A program made the translations under genes and the position numbers. This document shows, piece by piece, positions 16,197-24,000 of a stretch of DNA of 24,000 nucleotides. The stretch covers positions 69,842-93,841 of the forward strand of contig MTMA02000006.1 in assembly GCA_002011075.2 (NCBI GenBank), given 5' to 3'. Source of the stretch: Candidatus Scotarchaeum otlingeri (GTDB lineage: Archaea > Thermoproteota > Nitrososphaeria > Geothermarchaeales > JDFR-13). The notes beneath the pieces were generated by a model. It was not told where the DNA came from and did no database searches. It saw only the letters and a program-made list of their open reading frames with translations. The stretch's first letter is position 1, and each line of letters begins with the position of its first letter.

Positions 16197-17541
16197 ACGC
16201 TTGCTCAACCGATTGGCCGATATATATGATTGGCTATTGAATCGTTTAGAGCGGACAATATTAATGGGCATACGGTTTGTACTGCCTAAGAAGATCTTAA
16301 GTCCTCATGGATTTTTAGGAATGTTAACTTTTGTAACATTTATAATTCTCGGTATAACCGGCGCATTATTAATGTTTTATTACAAACCTTCTTTGACATC
16401 TGCTTATGAAAGCGTTAGATTAATTAATGAAGATATTGCTTTCGGGATGATAATTAGGAATATTCATTATCACGCATCTAACGCTATGATTTTTCTTGCT
16501 ATTTATCACATGTTTTATCAATTCTTCGCTGGCAGATACAAGATTAGAAATGAAGTGATTTGGATAACAGGTGTAATCCTTGGAGTACTGACAATAATAG
16601 AAGCATATACTGGATATGATTTAATAATGAATGAACGAGCTGTACTAGCTATCAACATAGGCGCATCATTAACAAGCTCTATTCCTGTCGCAGGGCAATT
16701 TTTAGCCAGTATATTAATAGGATCTGGTTTTTCTGATATATTGATACATTATTATGCTTTTCATGTCTTTATTATACCGCTAATAATGCTTTTACTAATT
16801 ACTATCCATTTTCCACGTAACTTAATACTTGACATGCCTATGATAGCCATAATATCGGGAGCTATAATAATAGTTGGCGGCATAACTCCAGTATCCCTTG
16901 GAACTAAATTTGACCCGAATATTCCTCCGGGAATTACCGTGCCAGAATGGTATTTAACTGGACTTTACGCTTTTATCAGGACAGGTATAGATAAATTTAT
17001 CGCAGGTGTATTATTACCAACATTACTCGTAATAATATTTCTAATTATTCCATTTATCGATAGAGGACCCAAGTTATCGTGGGCTGAGCGTCCATTTGCG
17101 ACTGGATTAGGTATAGCTGGGTTAGGACAGATTATAATAACTACTGTATGGGGGTTCTATATAAATCCCGATCCTACTTTAGATTTAGCGGAAAGGTTAA
17201 TGATAGATCCATTTCTATTTTATGGAGCCCTCGCTATAATTACAGCCGCCGCATTTGGATTTACATATGGATATCATATATGGGTTTTACCTAAACGAAA
17301 AAACTATTCCGAAAAAAGTAAATCGAATATAAAACAATGGAACTTGAAGATAGAGGGAAAAAGACTACTACTGTCAATAATTGGACTATTAGGGGCTCAA
17401 TTTATAATTGACATAATGGGATTACAAATGTATATGTCGGGACATGCGGATAAAGCAATGATATGGATAGGCGCGTCGTTAATAATATTTGCGATTATAC
17501 TGCATATAATGAGAAGCGGGATTGAAGATGATAAAGGGTGA
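16174..17541 (+). CDS. Cytochrome b (bc1/b6f-type, long form)
   Basis: RNIHYHASNAMIFLAIYHMF..GRY holds the first His pair and YYAFHVFIIPL...ITIHF the second. The Qo-site PEWY motif is present (VPEWYLTG). About 10 TM segments. The start overlaps the Rieske stop by 23 nt. Confidence 0.9.
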   Translation: MEKKGLSRRLLNRLADIYDWLLNRLERTILMGIRFVLPKKILSPHGFLGMLTFVTFIILGITGALLMFYYKPSLTSAYESVRLINEDIAFGMIIRNIHYHASNAMIFLAIYHMFYQFFAGRYKIRNEVIWITGVILGVLTIIEAYTGYDLIMNERAVLAINIGASLTSSIPVAGQFLASILIGSGFSDILIHYYAFHVFIIPLIMLLLITIHFPRNLILDMPMIAIISGAIIIVGGITPVSLGTKFDPNIPPGITVPEWYLTGLYAFIRTGIDKFIAGVLLPTLLVIIFLIIPFIDRGPKLSWAERPFATGLGIAGLGQIIITTVWGFYINPDPTLDLAERLMIDPFLFYGALAIITAAAFGFTYGYHIWVLPKRKNYSEKSKSNIKQWNLKIEGKRLLLSIIGLLGAQFIIDIMGLQMYMSGHADKAMIWIGASLIIFAIILHIMRSGIEDDKG

Positions 17542-17546
17542 AAGTT

Positions 17547-18134
17547 ATGGATAAAGGTGTTTACCTTGCCAGTGTGCTTTTCTTATTACTAGGTATAATA
17601 GGCATATGGTTCTCATACTTTTCTGGTCTGTCCGAGACATTATCAGAAATGGGAGGCATATCAATACTGGTCTTGATATTGGGCATCATGATACTTCCCA
17701 TTGGACTACTAAAAGGAGGCAGACCAACATCAAAAGAGCTCATACCCATCGGATTAACCCTGTTATTAGCATTAGCATTGATCGGTAATCCAATGATATT
17801 TTTTAATAAAGAGCCAGTAATCGATGAAACTGGAAGAACAATAACTATACATTTAGTATCAGAGGAGTGGGCATTTAATAAAACCAATCCTACGATAAAG
17901 GTTCAATTAGGAGACCGTGTACATATTATTCTTTTCAATAATGGTACGGTTCCCCACGACTTTGCCATACCCGGATTATCGGAAGAGAAAACAGGTATAA
18001 TTTCGCCTCAGGCAACAGGAGAATTAGAGTTTATAGTAAGTAAGACCGGAAATTTCGAATATATATGTTCTATACCAGGGCATGCCGAGTTAGGCATGCG
18101 AGGGAAATTTATAGTGGAATCTCCTCAGGAATAA
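17547..18134 (+). CDS. Membrane-anchored type 1 (blue) copper protein, cupredoxin fold (sulfocyanin/halocyanin-like)
   Basis: Cu ligands are H in VPHDFAIPG and C-x4-H-x4-M in CSIPGHAELGM. Three hydrophobic segments precede the roughly 100-aa domain. The ATG at 17547 lies 5 nt after GGGTGA (17536-17541); the tracker's GTG at 17538 is the alternative start. Confidence 0.85.
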   Translation: MDKGVYLASVLFLLLGIIGIWFSYFSGLSETLSEMGGISILVLILGIMILPIGLLKGGRPTSKELIPIGLTLLLALALIGNPMIFFNKEPVIDETGRTITIHLVSEEWAFNKTNPTIKVQLGDRVHIILFNNGTVPHDFAIPGLSEEKTGIISPQATGELEFIVSKTGNFEYICSIPGHAELGMRGKFIVESPQE

Positions 18135-18213
18135 TCAACTTAAAAAACAGAATATAGAAATTAAATTTATAAGAGTTTACGAAACTACTAGACAGACTTA
18201 GAACCTTTGTTAT

Positions 18214-18304
18214 TGGAGCCCCCGCTGGGATTCGAACCCAGGATCTGCGGCTTTCCCAGGTATATTTACGAGGCCGCCGCGCTAACCAACTACGCTACGG
18301 GGGC
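18214..18304 (-). tRNA. tRNA-Thr (anticodon CGT), one intron, CCA encoded
   Basis: The reverse complement reads GCCCCCG-TA-GCGT-AGTTGGTTA-GCGC-G-GCGGC-CTCGTA[14 nt]A-GCCGC-AGATC-CTGGG-TTCGAAT-CCCAG-CGGGGGC-T-CCA. Mature length is 74 nt. Confidence 0.9.
18253..18266 (-). other. tRNA-Thr intron (14 nt, canonical 37/38)
   Basis: In the tRNA sense the intron is AATATACCTGGGAA. CTCG (nt 32-35) pairs with TGGG (two G-U pairs). Bulges are TAA and AAA. There is a 7-nt inner loop. Confidence 0.75.
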
Positions 18305-18322
18305 TTTAATCCCAGAGCTACT

Positions 18323-18332
18323 AATAAAAATA
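18323..18332 (-). promoter_or_regulatory. Candidate TATA-like box (ATTTTTATTA on the minus strand) for tRNA-Thr
   Basis: It lies 19-28 nt upstream of tRNA nt 1 (18304) on the minus strand. Confidence 0.35.
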
Positions 18333-18429
18333 TTATCAAATGCAGTTCTAATTTAAGATTTATTGTGTTACTTGAGAATAAGACTAATAATAGAATCAAG
18401 ACATGCTTGAACGATAACTTTAAGGAGAC

Positions 18430-18447
18430 AAAATAATATTATATTAT
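18430..18447 (+). repeat. 18-nt exact repeat AAAATAATATTATATTAT, copy 1 (just upstream of the 18454 start)
   Basis: An identical 18-mer recurs at 19326-19343. Both copies are on the + strand, directly 5' of + strand gene starts. Confidence 0.6.
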
Positions 18448-18453
18448 TATTGT

Positions 18454-19044
18454 ATGCCAGTTACTAATGAAGTATGGAAAACACTAAAAGCATTGCATAT
18501 GTATATAGGAGTTATTGCGGCAATAGGGGCATGGATAGTAATATTTATATGCATATCAATAAATCCTTGGTTTGTATTCACACGTGATGCATTCAGCGAT
18601 TTAGGGGCTCCATCGGCTAATAATCCTTGGCTATATAATTATGGCATGATTATCATCGGCTTGTTAATTATGGTTTATTCATTAAGACAGATTATAGACT
18701 CACAAAATAAAATAGAGACTGTAGGTGCAACCTTTCTATTTACAGCTGGTATTTTTCTGATATTAATAGGTATGTATCCGGCTGGAACCCGCCCCCACAA
18801 CTTTGTATCGACTTGGTTTTTTGTTCAAGCTGATATGGCTATATTAGCATGGGGAATAGGGTTATTAGCTAGGAAATGGAAAGACTTGGGTGTCTTATTT
18901 ACCCTAATGGGAACATTAGGGCCGATAATTGCTGCACTGATAGACTGGCCTTCAGCAGCAACTATTGAAACATACGGAATAATAATAATTGATATCTGGG
19001 TAATACTAATGCTAAAGGTACATAAAACAGAAATATTCAGGTAA
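18454..19044 (+). CDS. Polytopic membrane protein (DUF998-like, tentative)
   Basis: 196 aa with about 6 hydrophobic helices. The FSDLGAP motif after TM1 recalls DUF998. The family call is weak; the ORF itself is well supported by length and hydrophobic periodicity. Confidence 0.55.
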   Translation: MPVTNEVWKTLKALHMYIGVIAAIGAWIVIFICISINPWFVFTRDAFSDLGAPSANNPWLYNYGMIIIGLLIMVYSLRQIIDSQNKIETVGATFLFTAGIFLILIGMYPAGTRPHNFVSTWFFVQADMAILAWGIGLLARKWKDLGVLFTLMGTLGPIIAALIDWPSAATIETYGIIIIDIWVILMLKVHKTEIFR

Positions 19045-19055
19045 AAAGAATCACA

Positions 19056-19190
19056 CTACCTTGTCTCCCTGGCCACATTAAGTGACTGCTCATATAACGC
19101 CGCCCATCTACAGTATACTTCATCATAACCTTCTATATAATATGGGCAATCACTACCACAATCTAGGCAAAAACACCTACTTTTTTCCAT
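19056..19190 (-). CDS. Unlisted small ORF, 44 aa, cysteine-rich (MEKSRCFCLDCGSDCPYYIEGYDEVYCRWAALYEQSLNVARETR)
   Basis: Hand translation of the minus strand gives an ATG at 19190 and a TAG at 19056-19058. The Cys pattern is C-x-C-x2-C-x3-C...C. It is below the ORF-track size cutoff. No homology evidence. Confidence 0.25.
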   Translation of the reverse strand: MEKSRCFCLDCGSDCPYYIEGYDEVYCRWAALYEQSLNVARETR

Positions 19191-19325
19191 AAATATACTC
19201 AACTCCGGACTTATACCATAAATTTAAGTATAAAATATTACTTAAGTATTAAGGTATTATGAATGTAATATAACGTATATTCGATACACTTTAATAATAC
19301 TTATTGACATATAGAGACACGAGTT

Positions 19326-19343
19326 AAAATAATATTATATTAT
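19326..19343 (+). repeat. 18-nt exact repeat AAAATAATATTATATTAT, copy 2 (upstream of the 19355 start)
   Basis: See copy 1 at 18430-18447. Confidence 0.6.
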
Positions 19344-19354
19344 GGTGACGTAAA

Positions 19355-19879
19355 TTGAAGGTAGCCGTCGGATCCACTAACCCAGTAAAGATATCCGCTA
19401 CAAAGAATGTATTCAAACAAGTCTATGGGCTATTAGCAGAGATAATCTCTGTGGAGGTGGACCCCGGCGTGTCTCACACACCTTTCGGTGAAGATCAGAT
19501 AGTTAAAGGCGCTATAAACAGAGCTATTAAAGCTATTAGAAGTACTAATGCCGAATTCGGTGTTGGAATGGAGGGAGGTATAGTAGAGAAATTCGGGAAG
19601 TACTTCTTGACAGGATGGTGTGCTATAGTAGATAAAAATGGATATATATCTTTAGCTTCTAGTGTCTATTTGCCGCTACCTAAAAAATTTGTTGATGTTG
19701 TTAAGCAGGGTAAAGAACTTGGCCTTGTTTTAGAAGAATATACCGGAATAAAAGATATAAAGAAAAAGGAAGGCGCTATAGGTGTGCTTACCTCTGGATA
19801 TAAAGACAGATTATCGGCTTGGGAATCTGCCTTAATATATGCTCTATCCATAAAGCTTAGGCCAGATATATATAGATAA
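19355..19879 (+). CDS. Non-canonical purine NTP phosphatase (inosine/xanthosine triphosphatase, YjjX/DUF84 family)
   Basis: 174 aa. The N-terminal KVAVGSTNPVKISATKNVF and GVGMEGG blocks match the family. The start is a TTG, and an in-frame TAA lies immediately upstream. Confidence 0.8.
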   Translation: MKVAVGSTNPVKISATKNVFKQVYGLLAEIISVEVDPGVSHTPFGEDQIVKGAINRAIKAIRSTNAEFGVGMEGGIVEKFGKYFLTGWCAIVDKNGYISLASSVYLPLPKKFVDVVKQGKELGLVLEEYTGIKDIKKKEGAIGVLTSGYKDRLSAWESALIYALSIKLRPDIYR

Positions 19880-19990
19880 AGAGTGCGATATGGAAGTCTA
19901 TGTACTATAGTATCATTTAAAGACTTAAATAAGTACTACATGCTTCTTTATAGACTTTCATTATCTCTATTTATTAGTAGGGATACAAGC

Positions 19991-20491
19991 ATGATTAAGG
20001 CTATCTCTCTAAGACCTATAGGTTATGTAGTTAAAGGCATTCCCAAGAAGAGTAAAAATAATAAAATCTCGAAGTACAAATATGAATCATCAATCAAAAT
20101 ATACAACGAGTATATCGCTGGATTAGAGGGATTAAATGAATATTCACATATTATAATAGTCTATTATCTTCATTTAGCGGAATTCAAACGATTAAAAGGC
20201 AGACCGTGGGGACGAAAAGATATGCCGGAAGTAGGGATATTTGCCACCCGGGCGCCTCATAGACCTAATAGTATCGGTGTTACAGTCTGTGAATTATTGG
20301 AGGTCATGCCTCCTTATATCCGAGTTAGAGGATTAGACGCTTGGGATAACACCCCTATTATCGACATTAAACCATATGATTATTATGATATAGTGAAGAA
20401 TCCCCGTGTTCCATCTTGGTTCATAAAATATTGGAGTGAAAAAAGTAAAGAGAGGAATTATAGAGGGATAGCCCCATGGTTGGGGCCATAA
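19991..20491 (+). CDS. trmO: tRNA (t6A37) methyltransferase TrmO / TsaA (YaeB, UPF0066) family
   Basis: LRPIGYV, EYSHIIIVYYLH, RAPHRPNSIGVTVCELL, GLDAWDNTPIIDIKPY. The ATG at 19991 (MIKAISLRPIGYV) is preferred; the tracker's 36 upstream codons look non-coding. Confidence 0.85.
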   Translation: MIKAISLRPIGYVVKGIPKKSKNNKISKYKYESSIKIYNEYIAGLEGLNEYSHIIIVYYLHLAEFKRLKGRPWGRKDMPEVGIFATRAPHRPNSIGVTVCELLEVMPPYIRVRGLDAWDNTPIIDIKPYDYYDIVKNPRVPSWFIKYWSEKSKERNYRGIAPWLGP

Positions 20492-20657
20492 GAATAAGTC
20501 CTACTATACAGAGTGCCAAAAAATTTCTATAGTTCACCTGTTTATTGATCTGAAAGAATAAATTGCTAGATTATTAATATTATAATTAACACTTGATACT
20601 ATAATAACGGGATAAAAAGACCCTTAATGATATTAGGTATCTGGTACGGGGAACTAC

Positions 20658-21863
20658 ATGTATAGCCAGGTATACAGTGGTAGGGAACTACTCGACCAAC
20701 TCATCAAAATCCATTTTATTATAAATATAATTATGGGTTTTATCTGGAGTATATATGCCCCATTTCTAAAACAACAAGGCTTTACGGGTTTAGAATATGG
20801 AATCGTTGCAAGCGTTTCAATAGTAACCTCCCTCATAGGAACTCTCTTCATAGGATGGCTAGTTGATAGATATGGATCAAGTAAAATAATATCAATAAAT
20901 CTCCTCCTATACACCTTATCAATATTCATACTATCCCTAGGAGGCTTCATGAACACCTTATATTCTTCTATATTAGCAGGATTAGCCTCTTCTTATTGGA
21001 TAGCATTAACTACATTAACCAGTAGGAGCGTTGTAGACACCGATTTAGATAAGGCCTTTACATATACAAGGTCATCATCATTATTCGGTTCTTCCATTGG
21101 CAGTTTTTTAGGCTGGCTGCCTGTGCTGATCACCAATTATATAAATAAACCAATAATAACGTCGTATAGGGCAGCTATAGCTCTATCTAGCATATTAATT
21201 ATCCCTATCTCATTATACAGTCTTAGGCTAAGGGAAGATTTGGCTGTAGTGGAGGAGGAGAAAGAAGAAAGGATAAGTATAGATCGAAGGTTAATGAAAA
21301 CTTTCCTGAAACTGAGTATAATACAAATAATAATAGGCTTTGGTGCGGCCCTTTCAATACATAACATAGACTATTATTTTGTTCTTAAATATGCTGTCTC
21401 GAGTGGTGAATTGGGTTCTGCATTTGGAATAGAAAATTTTTTCTTAGCTCTATTAATGTTATACATGCCCAGATTCTCAAAAAAGGTAGGGGGCCCATTG
21501 AAGGCGTATCTTTTCGCTACATCTCCAAGTATACCACTGATTATAGCTATTACTCTTACTAATCACTATGGAATCGCAGTAGGCCTTTTTATCGCCAGGA
21601 CGATACTAATGAATGTTTCAAGCCCATTATATGAAGCTTTCCAAATGTCACTTCTCCCAATAAGTTATCGGGGACGAGGATCCGCAATATTATCATTAGC
21701 ATGGACGTTGCCTACAAGTATAGCAAGAGGAATAGGAGGATATCTCCTAGATATAAATATAGAATTACCACTCAGACTTACAGCTATATTATATACGTCG
21801 GCTCTAGCATTACTAGCTGTGCTTTTTCCAGAACACTTTAAAAGCAGAGAGAGCCTAGGCTAA
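20658..21863 (+). CDS. Major facilitator superfamily transporter
   Basis: 401 aa with about 12 hydrophobic segments in a 6+6 arrangement and a charged central loop (LREDLAVVEEEKEER). An MFS loop 2-3-like GWLVDRYG is present. The start codon is uncertain. Confidence 0.8.
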   Translation: MYSQVYSGRELLDQLIKIHFIINIIMGFIWSIYAPFLKQQGFTGLEYGIVASVSIVTSLIGTLFIGWLVDRYGSSKIISINLLLYTLSIFILSLGGFMNTLYSSILAGLASSYWIALTTLTSRSVVDTDLDKAFTYTRSSSLFGSSIGSFLGWLPVLITNYINKPIITSYRAAIALSSILIIPISLYSLRLREDLAVVEEEKEERISIDRRLMKTFLKLSIIQIIIGFGAALSIHNIDYYFVLKYAVSSGELGSAFGIENFFLALLMLYMPRFSKKVGGPLKAYLFATSPSIPLIIAITLTNHYGIAVGLFIARTILMNVSSPLYEAFQMSLLPISYRGRGSAILSLAWTLPTSIARGIGGYLLDINIELPLRLTAILYTSALALLAVLFPEHFKSRESLG

Positions 21864-21977
21864 TATGACGTTTATCATTACAATAAAATATATAGCCTTA
21901 CACAGAAGTATAATCTATAGTTTGCTGATAATTACGAAGCAATATACCATGTTAATTTATTATAAAAATTTTGAGAT

Positions 21978-22568
21978 ATGTTTCTAAATAGCTTAAGCTG
22001 GGATCTTGCATATTTGATATGGCCTCCCTGGAACGTAAGTAGGCCTCCAAAGGAACTTGTTGAGGCAATTAATAGAGCTATTATATTTCCCGAGAGAAGT
22101 ATCGACCTTGGTTGTGGAAGAGGATATATAGTAGAGTATCTAGCTAAGTTAGGTATAGAGGCGTGGGGTATCGATATTTCCGCAATAGCTATTCGACAAG
22201 CATTAGCTAGAATAAATAAGAATAGTATAAACGCCAAATTTGTTAGAGGAGACATATTCGAATTTAAGCCACGTGAGTATTACGATTTAGTAACAGATAA
22301 AGGTTGTTATCATTCACTACCTCTAATCAAACGTCTTATTTATCCTTCTCTTATACGGAGTAGATATCTAAAAGTGGGAGGTGATTTATTGATGTGGGTC
22401 ATAAGTGACGAAGAACCTGATTGGGGCGGGCCTAATAGAATATCAATAAGTGAAATTAAGAGAAATTTCACTGAGAGATGGTTCAAACTAAAGGCATTTA
22501 AAAGAATTAGATGGGATGCCTTTAAATCTCCATATGGATATTTTATTTGGCTTAAGAGAAGCGAATAG
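21978..22568 (+). CDS. Class I SAM-dependent methyltransferase (TPMT/TehB-like)
   Basis: Motif I is IDLGCGRGYIVEYLAKLG, followed by GIDIS, with acidic post-II and motif III regions. A Trp-rich N-terminus (W..W) resembles thiopurine/halide methyltransferases. Confidence 0.78.
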   Translation: MFLNSLSWDLAYLIWPPWNVSRPPKELVEAINRAIIFPERSIDLGCGRGYIVEYLAKLGIEAWGIDISAIAIRQALARINKNSINAKFVRGDIFEFKPREYYDLVTDKGCYHSLPLIKRLIYPSLIRSRYLKVGGDLLMWVISDEEPDWGGPNRISISEIKRNFTERWFKLKAFKRIRWDAFKSPYGYFIWLKRSE

Positions 22569-22629
22569 AAAAGTAAAGAGATTATTCATTATCTATATAG
22601 AGTAAAATGTAGGGTTTTGGTAGATACAA

Positions 22630-23265
22630 ATGGGAAAGGAACATCATAAAATTAAGATATTAGATGTAACAAGAGACGAGTATTATAGTGATTATTATCT
22701 ATATAGATGTCTCTCACCTATGCCTTTTAGAATATATAAGAGAAGAAAAGATTATTTAGAGAAAGCGATACCAGCTGGCTTCCATAAAAAAATACTGTTT
22801 CTTAATGGAGATGCTGTAGGTCAGATCGAATATGGCCCCCCAGAGGCATCTCCTTACCCCATATTTGGCGATAATATAATAGTAATGAATTGTATCTGGG
22901 TGCTTAGAAGAGCTAAAGGTTATAATTTAGGTAAATTACTGATCAAAGATATGGTGGATAGTGAATCGTGGGCCGAAAGCATTGCTACGATTGGTCTGAA
23001 AAACCATTGGAGCGGATGGTTGAAGAAAGAGCATATGGAGATGCTGGGTTTTAAATCTATAGATTTTATTAAAGTTAGACATAAATATAAACATCAAGAA
23101 AGACCATTTGAACTACATCTTATGTGGCTACGCATTAAGATAAATGCTGAATTACCGAAATGGAGAAAAGAAAACATGATGAAAGGCGTACTTTCTTGTA
23201 TGGCCCATCCATTATATAACCCGATAAAATACAAAAACAAGGAGATTTTTGAATTGGCTGAATGA
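22630..23265 (+). CDS. GNAT-like N-acetyltransferase, YoaP-like architecture (tentative)
   Basis: A Cys-containing N-terminal segment is followed by GQIEYGP..., NCIWVLRRAKGYNLGKLL (GNAT motif A-like R-x-x-G-x-x-x-G). This resembles my recollection of Bacillus YoaP-type proteins. Not verified. Confidence 0.5.
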   Translation: MGKEHHKIKILDVTRDEYYSDYYLYRCLSPMPFRIYKRRKDYLEKAIPAGFHKKILFLNGDAVGQIEYGPPEASPYPIFGDNIIVMNCIWVLRRAKGYNLGKLLIKDMVDSESWAESIATIGLKNHWSGWLKKEHMEMLGFKSIDFIKVRHKYKHQERPFELHLMWLRIKINAELPKWRKENMMKGVLSCMAHPLYNPIKYKNKEIFELAE

Positions 23266-23329
23266 TAAGAACAATGATTAGACATTGAATCTAATAAAGA
23301 ACCTGTTATTTAAAATTATAACTTTGATA

Positions 23330-23346
23330 ATATTACACTGTAATAT
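23330..23346. promoter_or_regulatory. 17-bp perfect palindrome ATATTACA-C-TGTAATAT upstream of the 23366 gene
   Basis: 8-bp arms with a 1-nt centre, 20-36 nt upstream of the TTG start at 23366 and overlapping where a TATA box would sit. AGGAG at 23361-23365 abuts the start. Confidence 0.4.
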
Positions 23347-23365
23347 ATTTATTAGGGTCTAGGAG

Positions 23366-23893
23366 TTGGTGAAACACAAGTCACTCGAACTAAAAATTAA
23401 TATATTCTTAATATTGATACTTTTGGCTATTATCATGTTTAACCCTGGTATAAATAGTATAAGCCGGGCCTTCGATCTCAACCCAGAACATATTTTTAAA
23501 GCTATAGAGGTACCAGAGCTCTTCTTTAGAAATATGGAGGTATATGCATTTTCCGATGATACCCTAATTATCAACGTACATATCGAATATAGGGGTACCC
23601 ATAATATCTTAATTAAGAATTTTAGCGGGACTATATATAACCCTATCAATAACACATATCTAGCTCGATATCATTTAATCATACCAATCCAGCTAGAAGA
23701 CGGTGAGAATAAGATATCAGTAGTTATAGAAAGTGACCCTAAAAAATTGGCTACTTTACAAGGAGAGATGCTCAAATACGATGAAATCAGATTAGCTGGC
23801 TCTCTTATTTTACAAGTAAACGATGGAGAACTAACGGTTAAAATTGATGTTATTTTTCCTATAGAAATTTGGGTACATAAATCATTAGAATAG
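23366..23893 (+). CDS. Hypothetical protein with N-terminal membrane anchor/signal and beta-rich ectodomain
   Basis: 175 aa with the hydrophobic segment INIFLILILLAIIMF near the N-terminus. The remainder has alternating beta-strand-like patterns. No family recognised. Confidence 0.5.
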   Translation: MVKHKSLELKINIFLILILLAIIMFNPGINSISRAFDLNPEHIFKAIEVPELFFRNMEVYAFSDDTLIINVHIEYRGTHNILIKNFSGTIYNPINNTYLARYHLIIPIQLEDGENKISVVIESDPKKLATLQGEMLKYDEIRLAGSLILQVNDGELTVKIDVIFPIEIWVHKSLE

Positions 23894-24000
23894 CTTGATG
23901 AACATTGGAATCTGAAATTTGTTGTATTACATTATTGTATAATAGAGTATTTAATATTACTAACATTGAAGAACCTGATACGCATAATTAGTGGAAAGTC

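Noticed and set aside
19883-19990. Upstream in-frame extensions suggested by the ORF track for trmO (19883-19990). The same applies to mtnA (10228-10284), nikR (4429-4440) and dcd (3309-3326).
   Set aside because: The family-conserved N-termini begin at the internal ATGs (MIKAISLRPIGYV, MVLRSIDW, MVVVSITLP). The extensions start at non-ATG codons or have spacer-like composition. The dcd and nikR starts remain uncertain.
1-24000. Search for CRISPR arrays, tandem repeats, IS/transposase genes, toxin-antitoxin pairs or defence-island architecture.
   Set aside because: No regularly spaced direct repeats and no nuclease/helicase/ATPase orphan clusters were seen. Almost every ORF over 100 aa has a clear housekeeping or metabolic assignment.

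Overview
This is an AT-rich (about one-third G+C by eye), tightly packed archaeal chromosomal segment. The archaeal assignment rests on aRF1, a DGGGP-synthase-like UbiA prenyltransferase, a tRNA-splicing endonuclease homolog, intron-containing tRNA genes and GGTGA-type Shine-Dalgarno sites. The three tRNA genes are very GC-rich against the AT-rich background, which suggests a thermophile. The multiply interrupted tRNAs point to a Thermoproteota/Crenarchaeota-like lineage, but I cannot name the organism.

Content is mainly housekeeping:
- Translation and nucleotide metabolism: 5'-truncated ValRS-like synthetase, aRF1, UMP kinase, dCTP deaminase, HisRS, TrmO, an ITP/XTP pyrophosphatase-like NTPase.
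- Metal handling: a NikR-like repressor divergent from a P1B-type metal ATPase.
- SAM and methylthioribose chemistry: a DUF62 SAM hydrolase, MtnA, and a class II aldolase.
- Other metabolism: a phosphohexomutase and ThiL.
- Respiration: a Rieske / cytochrome b / blue-copper operon.
- Right-end accessory-looking group: MFS transporter, SAM methyltransferase, YoaP-like GNAT and a membrane-anchored orphan.

I found no CRISPR array, IS element, integrase, toxin-antitoxin pair or defence-like gene set. I found no convincing candidate for an entirely new multi-gene system.

The most unusual things the sequence supports directly are:
1. Five introns in three tRNA genes, including non-canonical D-loop and 30/31 positions. 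Four of the five have a bulge-helix-bulge fold that can be drawn cleanly by hand. A tRNA-endonuclease paralog lacking any catalytic-domain histidine lies in the same window.
2. A NikR-paired P1B ATPase with a CPS motif in place of CPC.
3. A Rieske protein whose cluster-binding box I reads CLHLWC, and a blue-copper protein with a three-helix anchor.
4. An MtnA plus class II aldolase pair that may be a SAM by-product salvage shunt.

All functional calls come from motif recognition by eye. No database search was run.
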